The notes: a model not told the origin generated them from the sequence alone. Shown: positions 42,805-58,506, counted from the first letter of the stretch. The stretch is 64,000 nt of DNA from Eledone cirrhosa (GCA_964016885.1 OZ024743.1:284084001-284148000); one strand, 5' to 3'. Made by a program: numbers and translations.

Positions 42805-43170
42805 ATTAAGTCAAATATGCATTTGTTTATTATAAATTATAGATATACTGCTATATATATTTCGGTGACAGCCATCATTGTGTTGACTTTTCAGGCAGTG
42901 TTTTACTCCGTCAATACATCGATATGTCCAGCTCCTGGTTGTGATTCCAGTTCCTCAGAGGAATAACAACACAACCAGGAGCTGGATATATCGATGTATT
43001 GACAGAGTAAAACACACTTCAACAACATGTGTACCTGTCTTTCCCACACTAATTTGGACTGCCTGAAGAGGTCACAACCAATGATGGCTGTTACCCAAAT
43101 ATATATAGCAGTATATCTATAATTTATAATAAACGAAGCCAAATATTACATATTTGACTTAATTATTTTA
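42798..43170. repeat. Inverted repeat with two singly mutated HHR copies (42847-42899 minus, 43058-43112 plus)
   Basis: Consensus ACTGC-CTGAAGA-GGTCACAACCA ATGA TGGCTGTCACC-GAAA-TATATA-TA|GCAGT. The plus copy has CAAA and the minus copy has CTGAAAA. Confidence 0.8.
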
Positions 43171-43326
43171 CATTACTCCGGAGTAAAGAAACCAACCTGC
43201 ATACTTCGTCGAGTGCTCGAATCTGCATACTGAGGTGCCGGTAAACAACAAACATATACTCAATATATATATATATATATTATTCAAAATATTAACAAAT
43301 GAAAAATATTCTCATAATCAAAATAT

Positions 43327-43394
43327 ATACTTTATTATATATATTTCAAAGGTACTGTGTTGTTTTTTCAGTACGTCCTCATCAGACAAAATAT
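43327..43394 (-). ncRNA. Minimal type I hammerhead ribozyme
   Basis: ATATTTTGT-CTGATGA-[GGAC GTACTG...CAGTAC CTTT]-GAAA-TATATA-TA|ATAAAGTAT; 9-bp stem I including two G-U pairs. Confidence 0.8.
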
Positions 43395-43719
43395 ATGATT
43401 TGATATATGACATACCGCTACGGTCTTGTTTATTCAATTACAGTATTGGCAGTGATTTATTTCATCCAATCTCAACGTTTATATACCACAAATAATATGA
43501 TAAACTTAAAGAAGAAAGGGACGTAGAGCAAATTAGAGATATAAGAGAGGGTGTAAAGAAGAGAAAAGGCAAGAAAAAATAAATAAATACATACATATAT
43601 AAATACATAAATGAATAAAAAATAAATAAATGGATGAATAATAATATATATATATATAATATATATTTTCTATATAATATATATATATATATATATAATA
43701 TGTTGTTTTAGTCTCATTC

Positions 43720-44365
43720 AAAATATCTGGTAGAGAATGTTGAGAAGCCAGAGGGGATCACTAATGTAGGCAGGAAGCCGCTAGAATTGGTTGAGGACTT
43801 CCTGTATTTGGGAGCAAAGATTGGGAATACGGAAGATGATGTGGTTGAGAGGAAGAGCAAGGCCTGGGCGGTGTGCCACAGCTTGGGATTGGTGTGGAAG
43901 TCGGACATTAGTAAAGACCCGAAAATCCACCTCTTCATTGCTGTAGTGGAATCTGTGCTGTTGTACGGGTCTGAGACTTGGACACTCACCAAGAAACTCA
44001 CTCAGATGGTGAATGGGTGCTACACGAGAATGCTGCGGATGGCTCTGAACATTAATCAGTATACACTGAGGATGAAAAACTCAGAGCTGTATGGGAGCCT
44101 CCCAAAAGTCAGCTCAAAAGTGACACAGAGGAGACTGAAGTTAGCTGGACATGCTCACCGACATCCAGAGTTAACATTGCACTCAGTGCTCCTGTGGGAT
44201 CCCCTACATGGACACACTGGAAGAGGAAGACCAAGGTTAATGTATGTTGATGCCCTAAGGACAGACACTGGTCTGTTGGAGACACAGGACATGGCAGCGA
44301 TAATGAGGGACAGAGACCGCTGGAGAGAATTCGTCCATGGATCTCGGGAATTTTACCCGCTCTAG
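43720..44365 (+). mobile_element. RTE LINE 3' fragment (distinct family)
   Basis: VEDFLYLG, VESVLLYGSETWTL, RRLKLAGH and GRGRP motifs in a 192-aa open frame. Confidence 0.9.
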
Positions 44366-44416
44366 ATATATATATAATATATGTATACAAAATATATATA
44401 TATATTATATATATAT

Positions 44417-44450
<34 letters not shown>

Positions 44451-44789
44451 GGAGGCACATGGCTTAGTGGTTAGAGCATTGTCCTTGCAATCGAAAGGTT
44501 GTGAGTTCAATTCTCAGACCGGGTGATGTGTTGTTTCCTTGAGCAAGACACTTTATTTCACACTGCTCCAGTTTACTCAGCTGTAGAAATGAGATGATAG
44601 GGACTGGGGTCCACATCATTCCACTGCAAAGTGGAGGTGCCATGGCAAAAAAGCACCCAGCACTCACTGTAAATGAGGTTGGTGTTAGGAAGGGAATCCA
44701 GCTTTAGAAATCAAGCCAGAATTAGTTCCCGTCCCACCCTTGCAAGCAGGGAAAAAGCGGACGTAAAATGAAATGATGTTGATGATGAT
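44451..44789 (+). mobile_element. Full-length tRNA-derived CORE-like SINE with RTE-derived 3' tail
   Basis: A box TGGCTTAGTGG, B box GAGTTCAATTC, CCTTGAGCAAGACACTT core, and tail GGTTGGTGTTAGGAAGGG...GGACGTAAAATGA(TGA)n shared with RTE 3' UTRs. Confidence 0.9.
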
Positions 44790-44906
44790 AATATATATAT
44801 AATAGTAATAATAATAAATTTCAAGACTAAATCCAAAGAGGGCTCGATAAGGGTAAATATATATCAAATATATAAGAACCATAGAGCAAATATTTATTAT
44901 ATATAA

Positions 44907-45763
44907 TTAGCTAGAGTCAGAACTGGGTGGAAAAAGTTCAGAGAGCTTATACCACTATTAGCCGCTAAAGGGTTCTCCCTAAAATTGAAAGGCAGGCTGT
45001 ACGATGCCTGCATACGAACAGCAATGTTGCATGGCAGTGAGACCTGGGCATTGTGTGCAGAGGATATACGCAGACTAGAGAGAAACGAAGCTTGCATGCT
45101 CCGCTGGATGTGTAATAGTAATATACGTGAACGACAAAGCATAAACGAACTAAGTAAAAAATTAGAAATAAGAGGGATCAGATGTTGTTTACTAGAGAGA
45201 AGGCTACGTTGGTATGGTCACGTGATGCGCATGAAGGATGATAGCTGTATAACAAAGTGCAGGGCAATAAAGATAGACGGTAGCCACGGAATAGGCAGAC
45301 CCAGAAAAACCTGGGACGAGCTGATAAACTCCGACCTCACACACTTACACCTCACCAAGACAATGTCACTGGACCAAGACCTTTGGCGGTACTCAGTAAT
45401 AGAGAAGACCCGCCTTGCCAGTAGGCATCTCTAACAAAATACACCCCATCCACACCACCCCGTTCTATGTAAAGTTATGTTGGTGCCGCGCCATCCAGGC
45501 CGAAACAAATGAGATCGTGTAGGTGTCACGACAAAAAAACACACAGTCCACGCTGTAATATGGCCGTGTAGGCAACACGGTAAAAACCTCCCAGACCCAC
45601 ACTGTAAATGTGGTTGGTGTTAGGAAGGGCATCCAACTGTAGAAAACCTGCCAGACAGTCCTATGCGAGCAAGAAAATCACTCTTGCCTCAAGTGGGACT
45701 ACCCCCGTCCAAACCCATGCAAGCGTGGAACACGGACGTTAAACGTTGATGATGATGATGATG
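44907..45763 (+). mobile_element. RTE LINE 3' end (family A)
   Basis: LYDACIRTAMLHGSETW...RRLRWYGHV ORF end, 3' UTR and (GAT)n tail. Confidence 0.93.
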
Positions 45764-45821
45764 AATATATATTATGGAATATTGTTGGCTTTTTGCTACA
45801 ATATTTTCTATACCTTTCATT

Positions 45822-45877
<56 letters not shown>

Positions 45878-45917
45878 CGATATTAACAAATGGAAACTAT
45901 ATTTATAAAACCATATT

Positions 45918-45982
45918 TATTTCATTATACATATTTCAAGGACACCAAGTTAAATTATGGTGTGCTTTCATCAGATAAAATA
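45918..45982 (-). ncRNA. Minimal type I hammerhead ribozyme (inverted twin of 46121-46185)
   Basis: Reverse complement of the plus-strand motif; intact core. Confidence 0.85.
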
Positions 45983-46120
45983 TAATATAGATCAGTTTTA
46001 TAAATAAATATTGACATACCCTTAAAGAATGCAACCATTGCTGTTGGAAGCTCCCGGATCAGCAATGGTTGCATTCTTTAATGGAATGTCAATATTTATT
46101 TATAAAACTGATCTATATTA

Positions 46121-46185
46121 TATTTTATCTGATGAAAGCACACCATAATTTAACTTGGTGTCCTTGAAATATGTATAATGAAATA
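46121..46185 (+). ncRNA. Minimal type I hammerhead ribozyme
   Basis: TATTTTAT-CTGATGA-[AAG C ACACCA...TGGTGT C CTT]-GAAA-TATGTA-TA|ATGAAATA; 8-bp stem I. Confidence 0.87.
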
Positions 46186-46468
46186 AATATGGTTTTATAA
46201 ATATAGTTTCCATTTGTTAATATCGTATTTTTACTCCATATATTTGTTGAGTGCTTTATATTAGTTATAAAAATATTTGCTTGTTGTATCCCAACAATTT
46301 AAATAGAACTTTTACATATATATATATATATATATATAATAATTATTAATATACATATATATATAATAATTATTAATATATAGAATTTAATAAACATTTA
46401 TCGTACTGCCTCTGTTCTGTCCCTGTTCAATTTTTCATTATATATAATATATATAATATATATATATA

Positions 46469-47566
46469 TCATCATCATCATCACCGTTTTACGTCCGTTC
46501 TTCCACGCTAGCATGGGTTAGACGGGTTGTCCTATTGTGGGCAGTGTCTGGTCGGCTGACCATGCCTTGCTCATACAGGAACTGATTTGGCTTGATTTCT
46601 ACAGCTGGATGCCTTTCCTAAAACCAACCTCATTTACAGTGAGTGCTGGGTGCTTTTCCGTGGCGCCTACACGTCCACTTTACAGTGTGGGCTCGGTGCT
46701 TTTTTGCCATGGCACCTCCACGACCACCTTGCAGTGGGAGGGTGTGGGGGCATATTGTCTATATGCTTCAGCTTGTACCCATGGGAGGTCGGGTACTCTG
46801 TATTACTGCGTGACGCCAGAGGTCACGGTCGTGTGTCATCGCCTTTGAGAGGTGTAATTGTGTAAGGTCGACTTTTATCACCTCATCCTAGGTCATCTTG
46901 GGTCTCCCCACTCCGCGGTTTCCATCAACTTCAAGTGCTCTTCAGCTTTTTATGCAGCTGTCATCCTTCATATGCATCACATGTCCATACCAACGCAACC
47001 GCCTCTCCTGCACACACCATTTGATTCCTCTTATGCTCAGTCTCTCTCTCAATTCATTTATGCTTTCTCGGTCGCGTATATTACTATTACACATCCATCG
47101 GAGCATGCAGGCTTCGTTTCTCTCTGATCTATATAAGTCTTCCATCTTCAGCGCCCAGGTCTCACTACCATGTAACATTGCTGTTCGGATACACGCATCA
47201 TACAGTCTGACTTTCATTTTGAGGGAGAAGACATTTGCTTCTTCCATCCCGTTCTTACCCTAGTTATTGTACTTTCTGAACACCCACCTCCACTGCTAAT
47301 TCGGTCACCTAGGTAGCAGAAGCTGTCTACTGTCTCTACAGAGCCCTCCCAGAGATTGGTGGTACTTGTTTCCTGTGGCAGTTTGCTGCTTGCTGTCCCA
47401 GTACAGCTGCTGCATGTGAAGCCTACATTCTTAATTAAGCTTCCTGAGATCCCGCTACATCTCTTGTGTACCCATTGTTTGCATTTGGGGCAGAGAATGG
47501 AGTTCCTACCTACACCTTTCCTACATACTGAGCAAGGCCATTTCCCTGAGGGGATCTGGGTTCTGT
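46469..47566 (-). mobile_element. RTE LINE 3' half (family B), continuation of 49252-51243
   Basis: RTQIPSGKWPCSVCRKGVG...VDSFCYLG...RRLRWYGHV, 3' UTR and (GAT)n tail. Confidence 0.92.
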
Positions 47567-47568
47567 AT

Positions 47569-47614
<46 letters not shown>

Positions 47615-47630
47615 TATTATAATATATATA

Positions 47631-48089
<459 letters not shown>

Positions 48090-48179
48090 TAATATATATA
48101 TATATATAATATATATAATATATATATATAATATATATATATAATATATATATATGATTTATATATATATATGATTTAT

Positions 48180-48267
<88 letters not shown>

Positions 48268-48274
48268 ATAAATC

Positions 48275-48311
<37 letters not shown>

Positions 48312-48435
48312 ATATATATAATAGTAATAATAATAAATTTGAAGACTAAAATCCAAAGAGGGCTCGATAAGGATAAAAATATATATCAAATATATAAGAA
48401 CCGTAGAGCAAATATTTATTAAAATAACAGATCAA

Positions 48436-48486
48436 AGTTTAAGCAAAGAATCACTGCTTTCACCCTTAACGGGATCTTCTGAAACT
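48436..48486 (-). ncRNA. Type I hammerhead-like motif with U4A core (CAGAAGA) and CUU site
   Basis: AGTTT-CAGAAGA-T CCC GTTAA GGG T-GAAA-GCAG TGATTCT TTGC-TT|AAACT; all three stems pair; lies in a TA-flanked cassette at about 48320-48980. Confidence 0.65.
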
Positions 48487-49001
48487 AACTAACAAAGTCA
48501 ATCTGTAAACGCAGAAGTGGATATTTCAAAAAACGTTGCAACCAGAGGAAGACAGGAAGACGATACTTTGGTTCGTGGAAACATTCCCTGGCAAAGAACA
48601 GGAAAAAACGAATATAATACGTCATTAATAGGAGTGGTGAAAAACAATTACGCGCAAAGACAGAACCACGTTTATGGTATAAAAGAAGTTATAGACTAAT
48701 GTTCTCTTAAGTGGTTCATAGAGACGTTCTCTGGCAATGAACGGAAAAAACAAAGATAATACGTCATATGTGGAGCGTGGAGAACAATTGCACGCAAAGA
48801 CAAAACCATGTAAATAGTATAGCTGAAGTCGTAGACTAAAATTCAAACTAGGAAACCGAATGAATCTCCGCTTCAGAGTTAAGAATAAAGTAAATAAAAT
48901 ACAATACAGAGGTAATAGAAATTAAATAAATACATACACGCGTCCAAATACGTACATACACAAGCATACGCGAAAACATATTATATATATATATATATTA
49001 T

Positions 49002-49035
<34 letters not shown>

Positions 49036-49251
49036 ATATATATATATATATTATATATATATATATAATATATATATATATATAATATATTATATATATA
49101 TATATAATATATTATATATATAATATATTATATATATATATAATATATTATATATATATAATATATTATATATATATAATATATTATATATATATATAAT
49201 ATATATATATAATATATTATATATATATATATAATATATATATATATAATA

Positions 49252-51243
49252 TCATTAAACAAGCAAGAATCATTAAACTCAGACTAATCCTGAATAAAAC
49301 AATGACCACAATAATATCAGCTTACGCACCCCAATTGGGGCTGCCAGACGAACTTAAGGATAGGTTTTACGAGTCCCTAATGCACACTACTGCTCTAACA
49401 GATGACAATGACTTCCTAATCATCGCAGGAGATTTTAATGGACACGTAGGTAAACACTGCGACGGCTTCAATAGAGTGCATGGAGGCCATGGGGTTGGCA
49501 CAAGAAATGAGGAAGGATTCAGACTTCTAGAATTCTGCGACGCCAATGACATGTCGATATATAACACAAACTTTAAAAAACCCGACAACCTCCTGATCAC
49601 CTATAGATCAGGGGAGCACTCCAGTCAGATAGATTTTATCCTCATCAGAGGACGTGACAGATGGACGGTCGTAAACACAAAAGCCTTCCCTAGTGAGGAA
49701 TGTACATCCCAACATAGCTTAGTTGTCAGCGACCTCACGGTCATAACTAGACGAACCTGGAAACAGAGGCCAACCTGGAGAAGAAAGATCTGGAAGCTGA
49801 AAGTCCCCTCAACCAGTAACAGATTTAAAGATATTTTACTCAACGCCTACGGCAGTAAAGAAGAACAGATAGAGACATTTAATGTAGAAGAGAACTGGGA
49901 GTTCCTAAAAATTAATTTACTAGAGGCGACGGATGAGGTCTGTGGCTGGAGTAAGACCTCAAGCAGGAAGAGAGTGACTTGGTGGTGGAACAATAAGGTA
50001 GATGAAGCAGTTAAGGCCAAGAGACAGGCATGGAAAGAATGGAAAAATGGGGGGAGCAGGGTACATTACATAGAGACCAAGAGGGAAGCTAGGCGACAAG
50101 TATACTTAGCTAGGAGGGAAGCAGAGGATAGAAGATTCAAGCATGTTTTGCAACGTGAGGACCAGAAACAGGAGGTATTCAAGATTGCGAGGCAGTGTGT
50201 CAGAGATAGTTGTGATGTCATTGGAGAGAAGTGTATCCGGAATGATAAAGGTGAGCTTGGCCTCACAAGTGCTGAGAAGAAAGATGCATGGAAGAGTCAT
50301 TATGATAGATTACTAAATGAGGAGAATGTATGGGAAGAAGAGACCCTACCCCAAGTAGACCCTATAGAGGGGCCAGCAGTACAAGTCAGCAGCAACGTAG
50401 TAAGTAAGGCAATCAAAGATATGAAGATGGGGAAGGCAACCGGTCCATCGGGTATAGCTGCCGAGATGCTGAAGGCATCTGTGTCTGTAGGTCACACTAT
50501 AACCACACACATTGTTAACCAGGTAATACTAGAAAGTGTCATACCAAAAGATTGGTGCAGTAGCATCATTGTCAACTGCTACAAAGGTAAAGGCGATGCA
50601 CTAGATAGAGGAAACTATAGAGGTATAAAGTTGATGGACCAGGTCATGAATGTAACAGAAAGAGTTATAGCACAGTTGATTAGGGACCGGGTGAAAATAG
50701 ATGAGATGCAATTTGGGTCTGTATGAGGAACAGGTACCACTGATGCCCTCTTCCTTGTGAGGTAATTACAGGAAAAGTACCTAGCTAAAAGTAAGCCACT
50801 CTACTTGGCATTTGTCGACCTTGAGAAAGCCTTTGACAGATTTCCATGTGCTGTAATCTGGTGAGCTCTTAGAAAACTAGGAGTAGATGAATGGCTTGTG
50901 AAAGCGGTACAAGCCATGTATAGGGGAGCAGTCAGCAAAGTTAGGATTAGCAATGAGTATAGCGAGGAATTTAGCGTACAGGTTGGGGTCCACCAGGGCT
51001 CTGTTCTTAGCCCCCTCCTGTTCATCATAGTCCTGCAGGCAATAACGGAGGAGTTTAAGACTGGATGCCCATGGGAACTCCTGTATGCTGATGACCTCGC
51101 ACTCATAGCTGAATCTATGGTAGAACTAGAGAATAAATTCCAAACTTGGAAGCAGGGACTAGAAAGAAAGGGTCTCAAAGTCAACATGACAAAGATTAAG
51201 GTCCTTGTAAGTAGATGAGAAGACAGAACCCAGATCCCCTCAG
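49252..51243 (+). mobile_element. RTE LINE 5' and central part (APE + RT), family B, disabled
   Basis: ISAYAPQ, AGDFNGHVG, SQIDFI (APE); NYRGIKL, FVDLEKAFD, GVHQGSVLSPLLF, LYADD (RT); several stops. Confidence 0.95.
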
Positions 51244-52436
51244 ATGGGGTGGCGTCGATAGTATGGTGCAGAGGGTGTGCAGAAGCTACACAAACACAAA
51301 GGGCATACAATATATATATATATATATATAACGGAGGAGAAAGTACATGAGGTAATTAGAAATGGAAGAAGAGTAATAATAATTGAACTAGGAATATTGG
51401 ATCCTCCGTCAATGTCCAGGTGAGCAAAAATAGATTTCTATCTGCATTGGAATTTACGAACTTGTGCATCTGCTGTGGTGTCAAAAACAAACGGGCATGA
51501 CCGCACAGATAAACAATGGACTATGCCACGTGGCTTGAACCTGTAAGTGAATTGAAGGTTCTGTAACTCTGATACACAGATTATTTATTATTAAGATGTA
51601 TAAACTTGACATAACTATTATCATCTTATATTCTCTCAACTAATCACATTTGATCATATTTCTCTATCCCGTTTTCTCCCCCCATAATTATAATATTTTT
51701 ATTTTTATTTGAAAAAAAATCGGTTTTTTTACATTGTGTTTTCCCCTCCAAATATTCGCTTATATTTCTTTATATATTCTCTATATATTTTTTTACATAT
51801 ATATTTTTTATCTTTATTATTTCCACATTTATCCTCCTTTATATTTTACCTTATTCTTACTTTTATACCTTATTATAGTGTAATCTTCCCCATGCCTTAT
51901 TATACATTATTAATTATAGATTTTTATTATTACTCTTCTTCCATTTCTAATTACCTCATGTACTTTCTCCTCCGTTATATATATATATATTGTATGCCCT
52001 TTGTGTGTGTGTAGCCTCTGCACACCCTCTGCACCCTACTATCGACGCCACCCTATCTATGGTTCAGCTAACCACTCGACTCCCGGGAATGAATATGACC
52101 GCAACTAGTAAACAAGGACCCACACCCCACCCTCCCGCACCAAAATTAGACTTATCGTCCCCTACTTTTGCTCTTTACTCTCTTTACTCTTTGTTCTTGA
52201 ATGTTTCGTTGGTAGAGTCCATAACACCAATCAAACCCCTTTTATAGCTCTGACGAATCCTACGGTTACATAAGGAAGAAACATTGTAAGCCAATAAAAA
52301 TCTTTTGATGTTGTAGACGCTCTTGTGTTCTTTATCATATATACGGCTCTGCTCCAAAGCATAGAGCTAATTATTATGCTGCCAATACCTTAATGGGACA
52401 CGGGTATACAATACCTAACTCCTATTAACCTAACTA
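51244..52436 (+). mobile_element. Penelope-like cassette with inverted 5' segment and HHR, inserted into RTE
   Basis: 51247-51382 is inverted relative to 51924-52053. TMPRGLNL* and TRLPGMN resemble Penelope GIY-YIG C-termini. HHR near the 3' end, followed by (TA)n. Confidence 0.7.
52241..52298 (+). ncRNA. Minimal type I hammerhead ribozyme
   Basis: TTTATAGCT-CTGACGA-[A TCCT...AGGA A]-GAAA-CATTG-TA|AGCCAATAAA; GUA site. Confidence 0.78.
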
Positions 52437-52444
52437 TATATATA

Positions 52445-52516
<72 letters not shown>

Positions 52517-52612
52517 TATATATATATTATATATATATATTATTTATATATATATTATATATATATATATTATATATATATAATATATATATATATAATA
52601 TATATATAATAT

Positions 52613-52645
<33 letters not shown>

Positions 52646-52799
52646 ATATATATATATATATTATATATATATATATATTATATATATATATATTATATAT
52701 ATATATAATATATATATATATAAATTATATATATATAAATTATATATATATAAATTATATATATATAAATTATATATATATATATAATATATAATATAT

Positions 52800-52842
<43 letters not shown>

Positions 52843-53001
52843 ATATATAATATATATATATAATATATAATATATATATATAATATATATATAATATATA
52901 TATATAATATATATATATAATATATATATATAATATATATATATAAATAATATATATATATAATATATATATATAATATATATATATAATATATATATAT
53001 A

Positions 53002-53079
<78 letters not shown>

Positions 53080-53210
53080 GCAAAAGTTCTATTTAAAGTT
53101 GTTGGGATACAACAAGTAAATATTTTTATAACTGATATAAAGCACTCAACAAGTTTTTGGAGTAGATATACGATATTAATAAATGGAAACTATATTTATA
53201 AAACCATATT

Positions 53211-53275
53211 TATTTCATTATACATATTTCAGGGATACCACATTAAATTATGGTATGCCTTCATCAGATAAAATA
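53211..53275 (-). ncRNA. Minimal type I hammerhead ribozyme (same family as 46121-46185)
   Basis: TATTTTAT-CTGATGA-[AGG C ATACCA...TGGTAT C CCT]-GAAA-TATGTA-TA|ATGAAATA. Confidence 0.87.
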
Positions 53276-53280
53276 CAATA

Positions 53281-53354
53281 TATAACAGTTTTACAAATAG
53301 CTTTGACGTACCCTTTTAAAAGGGTACGTCAAAGCTATTTGTAAAACTGTTATA
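53281..53354. repeat. Perfect spacer-less palindrome (2 x 37 bp) at the 5' end of an HHR cassette
   Basis: TATAACAG...TACCCTTTT|AAAAGGGTA...CTGTTATA. Confidence 0.95.
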
Positions 53355-53379
53355 TATATATATATATATATATTTTATA

Positions 53380-53720
53380 GAGGCACATGGCTTAGTGGTT
53401 AGAGCATTGGCTTTGCAATCGAAAGGTTGTGAGTTCAATTCTCAGCCTGGGTGATGTGTTGTTTCCTTGAGCAAGACACTTTATTTCACATTGCTCCAGT
53501 TTACTCAGCTGTTTGAAATGAGATGATAGGGACTGAGGTCCTATCATTCCACTGTAAAGTGGTCGTCGAGGTGCCACGGCAAAAAAGCACCCAGCACTCA
53601 CTGTAAATGAGGTTGGTGTTAGGAAGCGCATCCAGCTGTAGAAATCAAGCAAGAATCAGTTCCCGTCCCACCCTTGCAAGCAGGGAAAAGCGGACGTAAA
53701 ATGATGATGATGATGATGAT
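53380..53720 (+). mobile_element. Full-length CORE-like SINE with RTE tail
   Basis: Same family as 44451-44789; (GAT)n tail. Confidence 0.9.
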
Positions 53721-53743
53721 CATCATCATCATATATATATATA

Positions 53744-54278
53744 TCGGTAAAGGTAACCATAGTGTGTAGAGTAAATTTTTTAAAATTTATTTTGAAACTT
53801 TTTCTTATTTGCTAAACCTTGATTATATATGTTCTGACTCGTTAATTTATTAACCTGCCATTGAACCACATTGGCATCTGGTTGGACAATACATGTGTCC
53901 CTACTTTATTATTATTCTCCTCTTGGTCGACACAAAAATTTGGTCGTTCTGATTGCTGCTAGTTATAGTGGTAGTAGACAGACCTCCCTGCCTTTGCTTC
54001 TATCTTTACACACGGCACTGGACGGAATTGATTCCACATCATTTATTCTCATCTCGGGAACAATTTGAATAGCGCCAGTTCGTAATTTGAACTCGGGAAT
54101 TTTATATTCTCCGAGTGAAAAGATCCTTCTGACGATAGTTTATATTTGCAATGGATGGCCGCAAGGACTGTCCATTTATTTTTGAGACTCGAAACTGATT
54201 CGGTAAAGGTAACCATAGTGAGTACAGTTGATTTTTAAAATTTATTTTGAAACTTTTTCTTATTTGCTAAACCTTGAT

Positions 54279-54285
<7 letters not shown>
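53744..54285 (+). mobile_element. Retrozyme-like or pseudo-LTR element: 456-nt unit plus about 85-nt terminal direct repeat
   Basis: 53745-53830 is repeated at 54201-54285; the repeat starts at the HHR cleavage site; flanked by (TA)n. Confidence 0.75.
54125..54209 (+). ncRNA. Type I hammerhead ribozyme with long GNRA-capped stem II
   Basis: CCTT-CTGACGA-[TAGTTT...AATGGATGG CC GCAA GG A CTGTCCATT...AGACTC]-GAAA-CTG ATT CGG-TA|AAGG. Confidence 0.9.
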
Positions 54286-56548
<2,263 letters not shown>

Positions 56549-56549
56549 A

Positions 56550-57833
56550 CTAGCATTAAAGCCCGGCGTTGCTCGGGGTCATTAAGTTACCAAAGTTAAG
56601 TTGCACCACCCATTTTATGGCAGCACTTTTTTGTCTGCCAGGCACTGGGTGAATGAATTGCAGACCTGGAAGCAGGAGCTGCGCCAGCAGTGACAATTGT
56701 AGTTTCACCTATGGATATTATCTCTGTGCAAAAAAGTGTTGACATTTATTGTTTCACAGTACTTGATCAACACGCGCGTAGACGATGCCAGCCGAACAAC
56801 AGAGCTGCGATGGAGTTGTTCTGCATGGTTGTCTGTGTGTTTTCTAAATTTAAGACAGTAGGGAGGGTTGTGATATGAGGGAGAGTTAGCTGTTGTTTCT
56901 AGCAGGTTTAGTGACCTCATAGAGGATATGTGTTTTCTAAATTTAAGACAGTAGGGAGTGGGGTGATAAGGAGGAGAGTTAGCTGCTGTTTCTAGCAGGT
57001 TTAGTGACCTCATAGAAGATATGTTTTCTAAATTTAAGACAGTAGGGATGGGTGTGATATGGGGGAGAGTTAGCTGCTATTTCTAGCAGGTTTAGTAACC
57101 TCATAGAGGATATGTGTTTTCTAAATTTAAGACAGTAGGGAGTGGTGTGGTATGGGGGAGAGTTAGCTCTGTTTCTAGCAGGTTTAATGACCTCATAGAA
57201 GATATGTTTTCTAAATTTAAGACAGTAGGGAGGGGTGTGGTATGGGGGAGAGTTAGCTGCTGTTTCTAGCAGGTTTAGTGACCTCATAGAGGATATTATT
57301 GTTTATCATTATCTATAAAAGGCAGATTGTTGTTGTTGTTGTTGAAGTGAGTGTGTGTTTGCATGCGTTTGAAAAGAGGTTTTAAAAAAAATTTATCGCT
57401 TGTTGTTGAATAAATGTATCTGTTGCTTTTGAATAATTGTCGTTTCGTATGAAATATAATAATTTGAAGTATAAAAGAGAAAGTAGCAAAATGTGTGGGT
57501 TGTAGATAGAGGTAGGCAGATGATATGACAGAGTAATACGGACAGTATCACCATCAACCTTGGAAAGAGAAAGTAGCAGAAAGTATGAAGTTGTATAGAT
57601 TTTGAATGGTAGTGGAAAGAGTTTAGCAGTTTAAATGACAGAGAAAAATCGTAAAATATTGAGTTTTATCTAATTTTTGCGTAATTGTGGGTGAAATTGA
57701 AAAAATGACATGTGCCAAGATGCAATCAAAACTATTTCGAATACTGAATTGTAAATTTCAATTGAAGAAATTCTATATCGTAGATTTCTATAAGAAAAGA
57801 GCATAACCACACACTGAGGTTTATAGATTATGA
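56550..57833 (-). mobile_element. Non-autonomous Helitron containing a minisatellite
   Basis: A|TC...CTAG|T termini with hairpin CCCGAGCAACGCCGGG. Confidence 0.83.
56835..57295. repeat. Minisatellite, about 92-bp unit x 5
   Basis: TGTTTTCTAAATTTAAGACAGTAGGG...GAGAGTTAGCTG...GACCTCATAGAGGATA repeated five times. Confidence 0.95.
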
Positions 57834-57845
57834 TATATATATATA

Positions 57846-57876
<31 letters not shown>

Positions 57877-57930
57877 ATATATATATATATATGTATATAT
57901 ATATAATATATATATATGTATATATATATA

Positions 57931-57961
<31 letters not shown>

Positions 57962-57977
57962 ATATATATATATATGT

Positions 57978-58071
<94 letters not shown>

Positions 58072-58235
58072 TATAATATATATATATATATGTATATATA
58101 TATAATATATATATGTATATATATATAATATATATATATATATGTATATATATATAATATATATATATATATGTATATATATATAATATATATATATATA
58201 TGTATATATATATAATATATATATATATGTATATA

Positions 58236-58290
<55 letters not shown>

Positions 58291-58417
58291 TATATATATG
58301 TATATATATATATGTATATATATATAATATATATATATATATGTATATATATATATGTATATATATATAATATATATATATGTATATATATATAATATAT
58401 ATATATATATGTATATA

Positions 58418-58506
<89 letters not shown>

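Larger units (their letters stand above)
45875..46228. repeat. Near-perfect inverted repeat (about 169-bp arms, 16-nt spacer), each arm with an HHR
   Basis: 45875-46043 is the reverse complement of 46060-46228; the right arm continues to about 46316. Confidence 0.95.

Noticed and set aside
44451-44525. tRNA-like sequence with a GCA-type anticodon loop
   Set aside because: SINE head: continues into CORE-like body and RTE tail, multi-copy, poor cloverleaf.
56835-57295. Regular repeats resembling a CRISPR array
   Set aside because: Whole 92-bp units repeat with no unique spacers; eukaryotic context, no cas genes.
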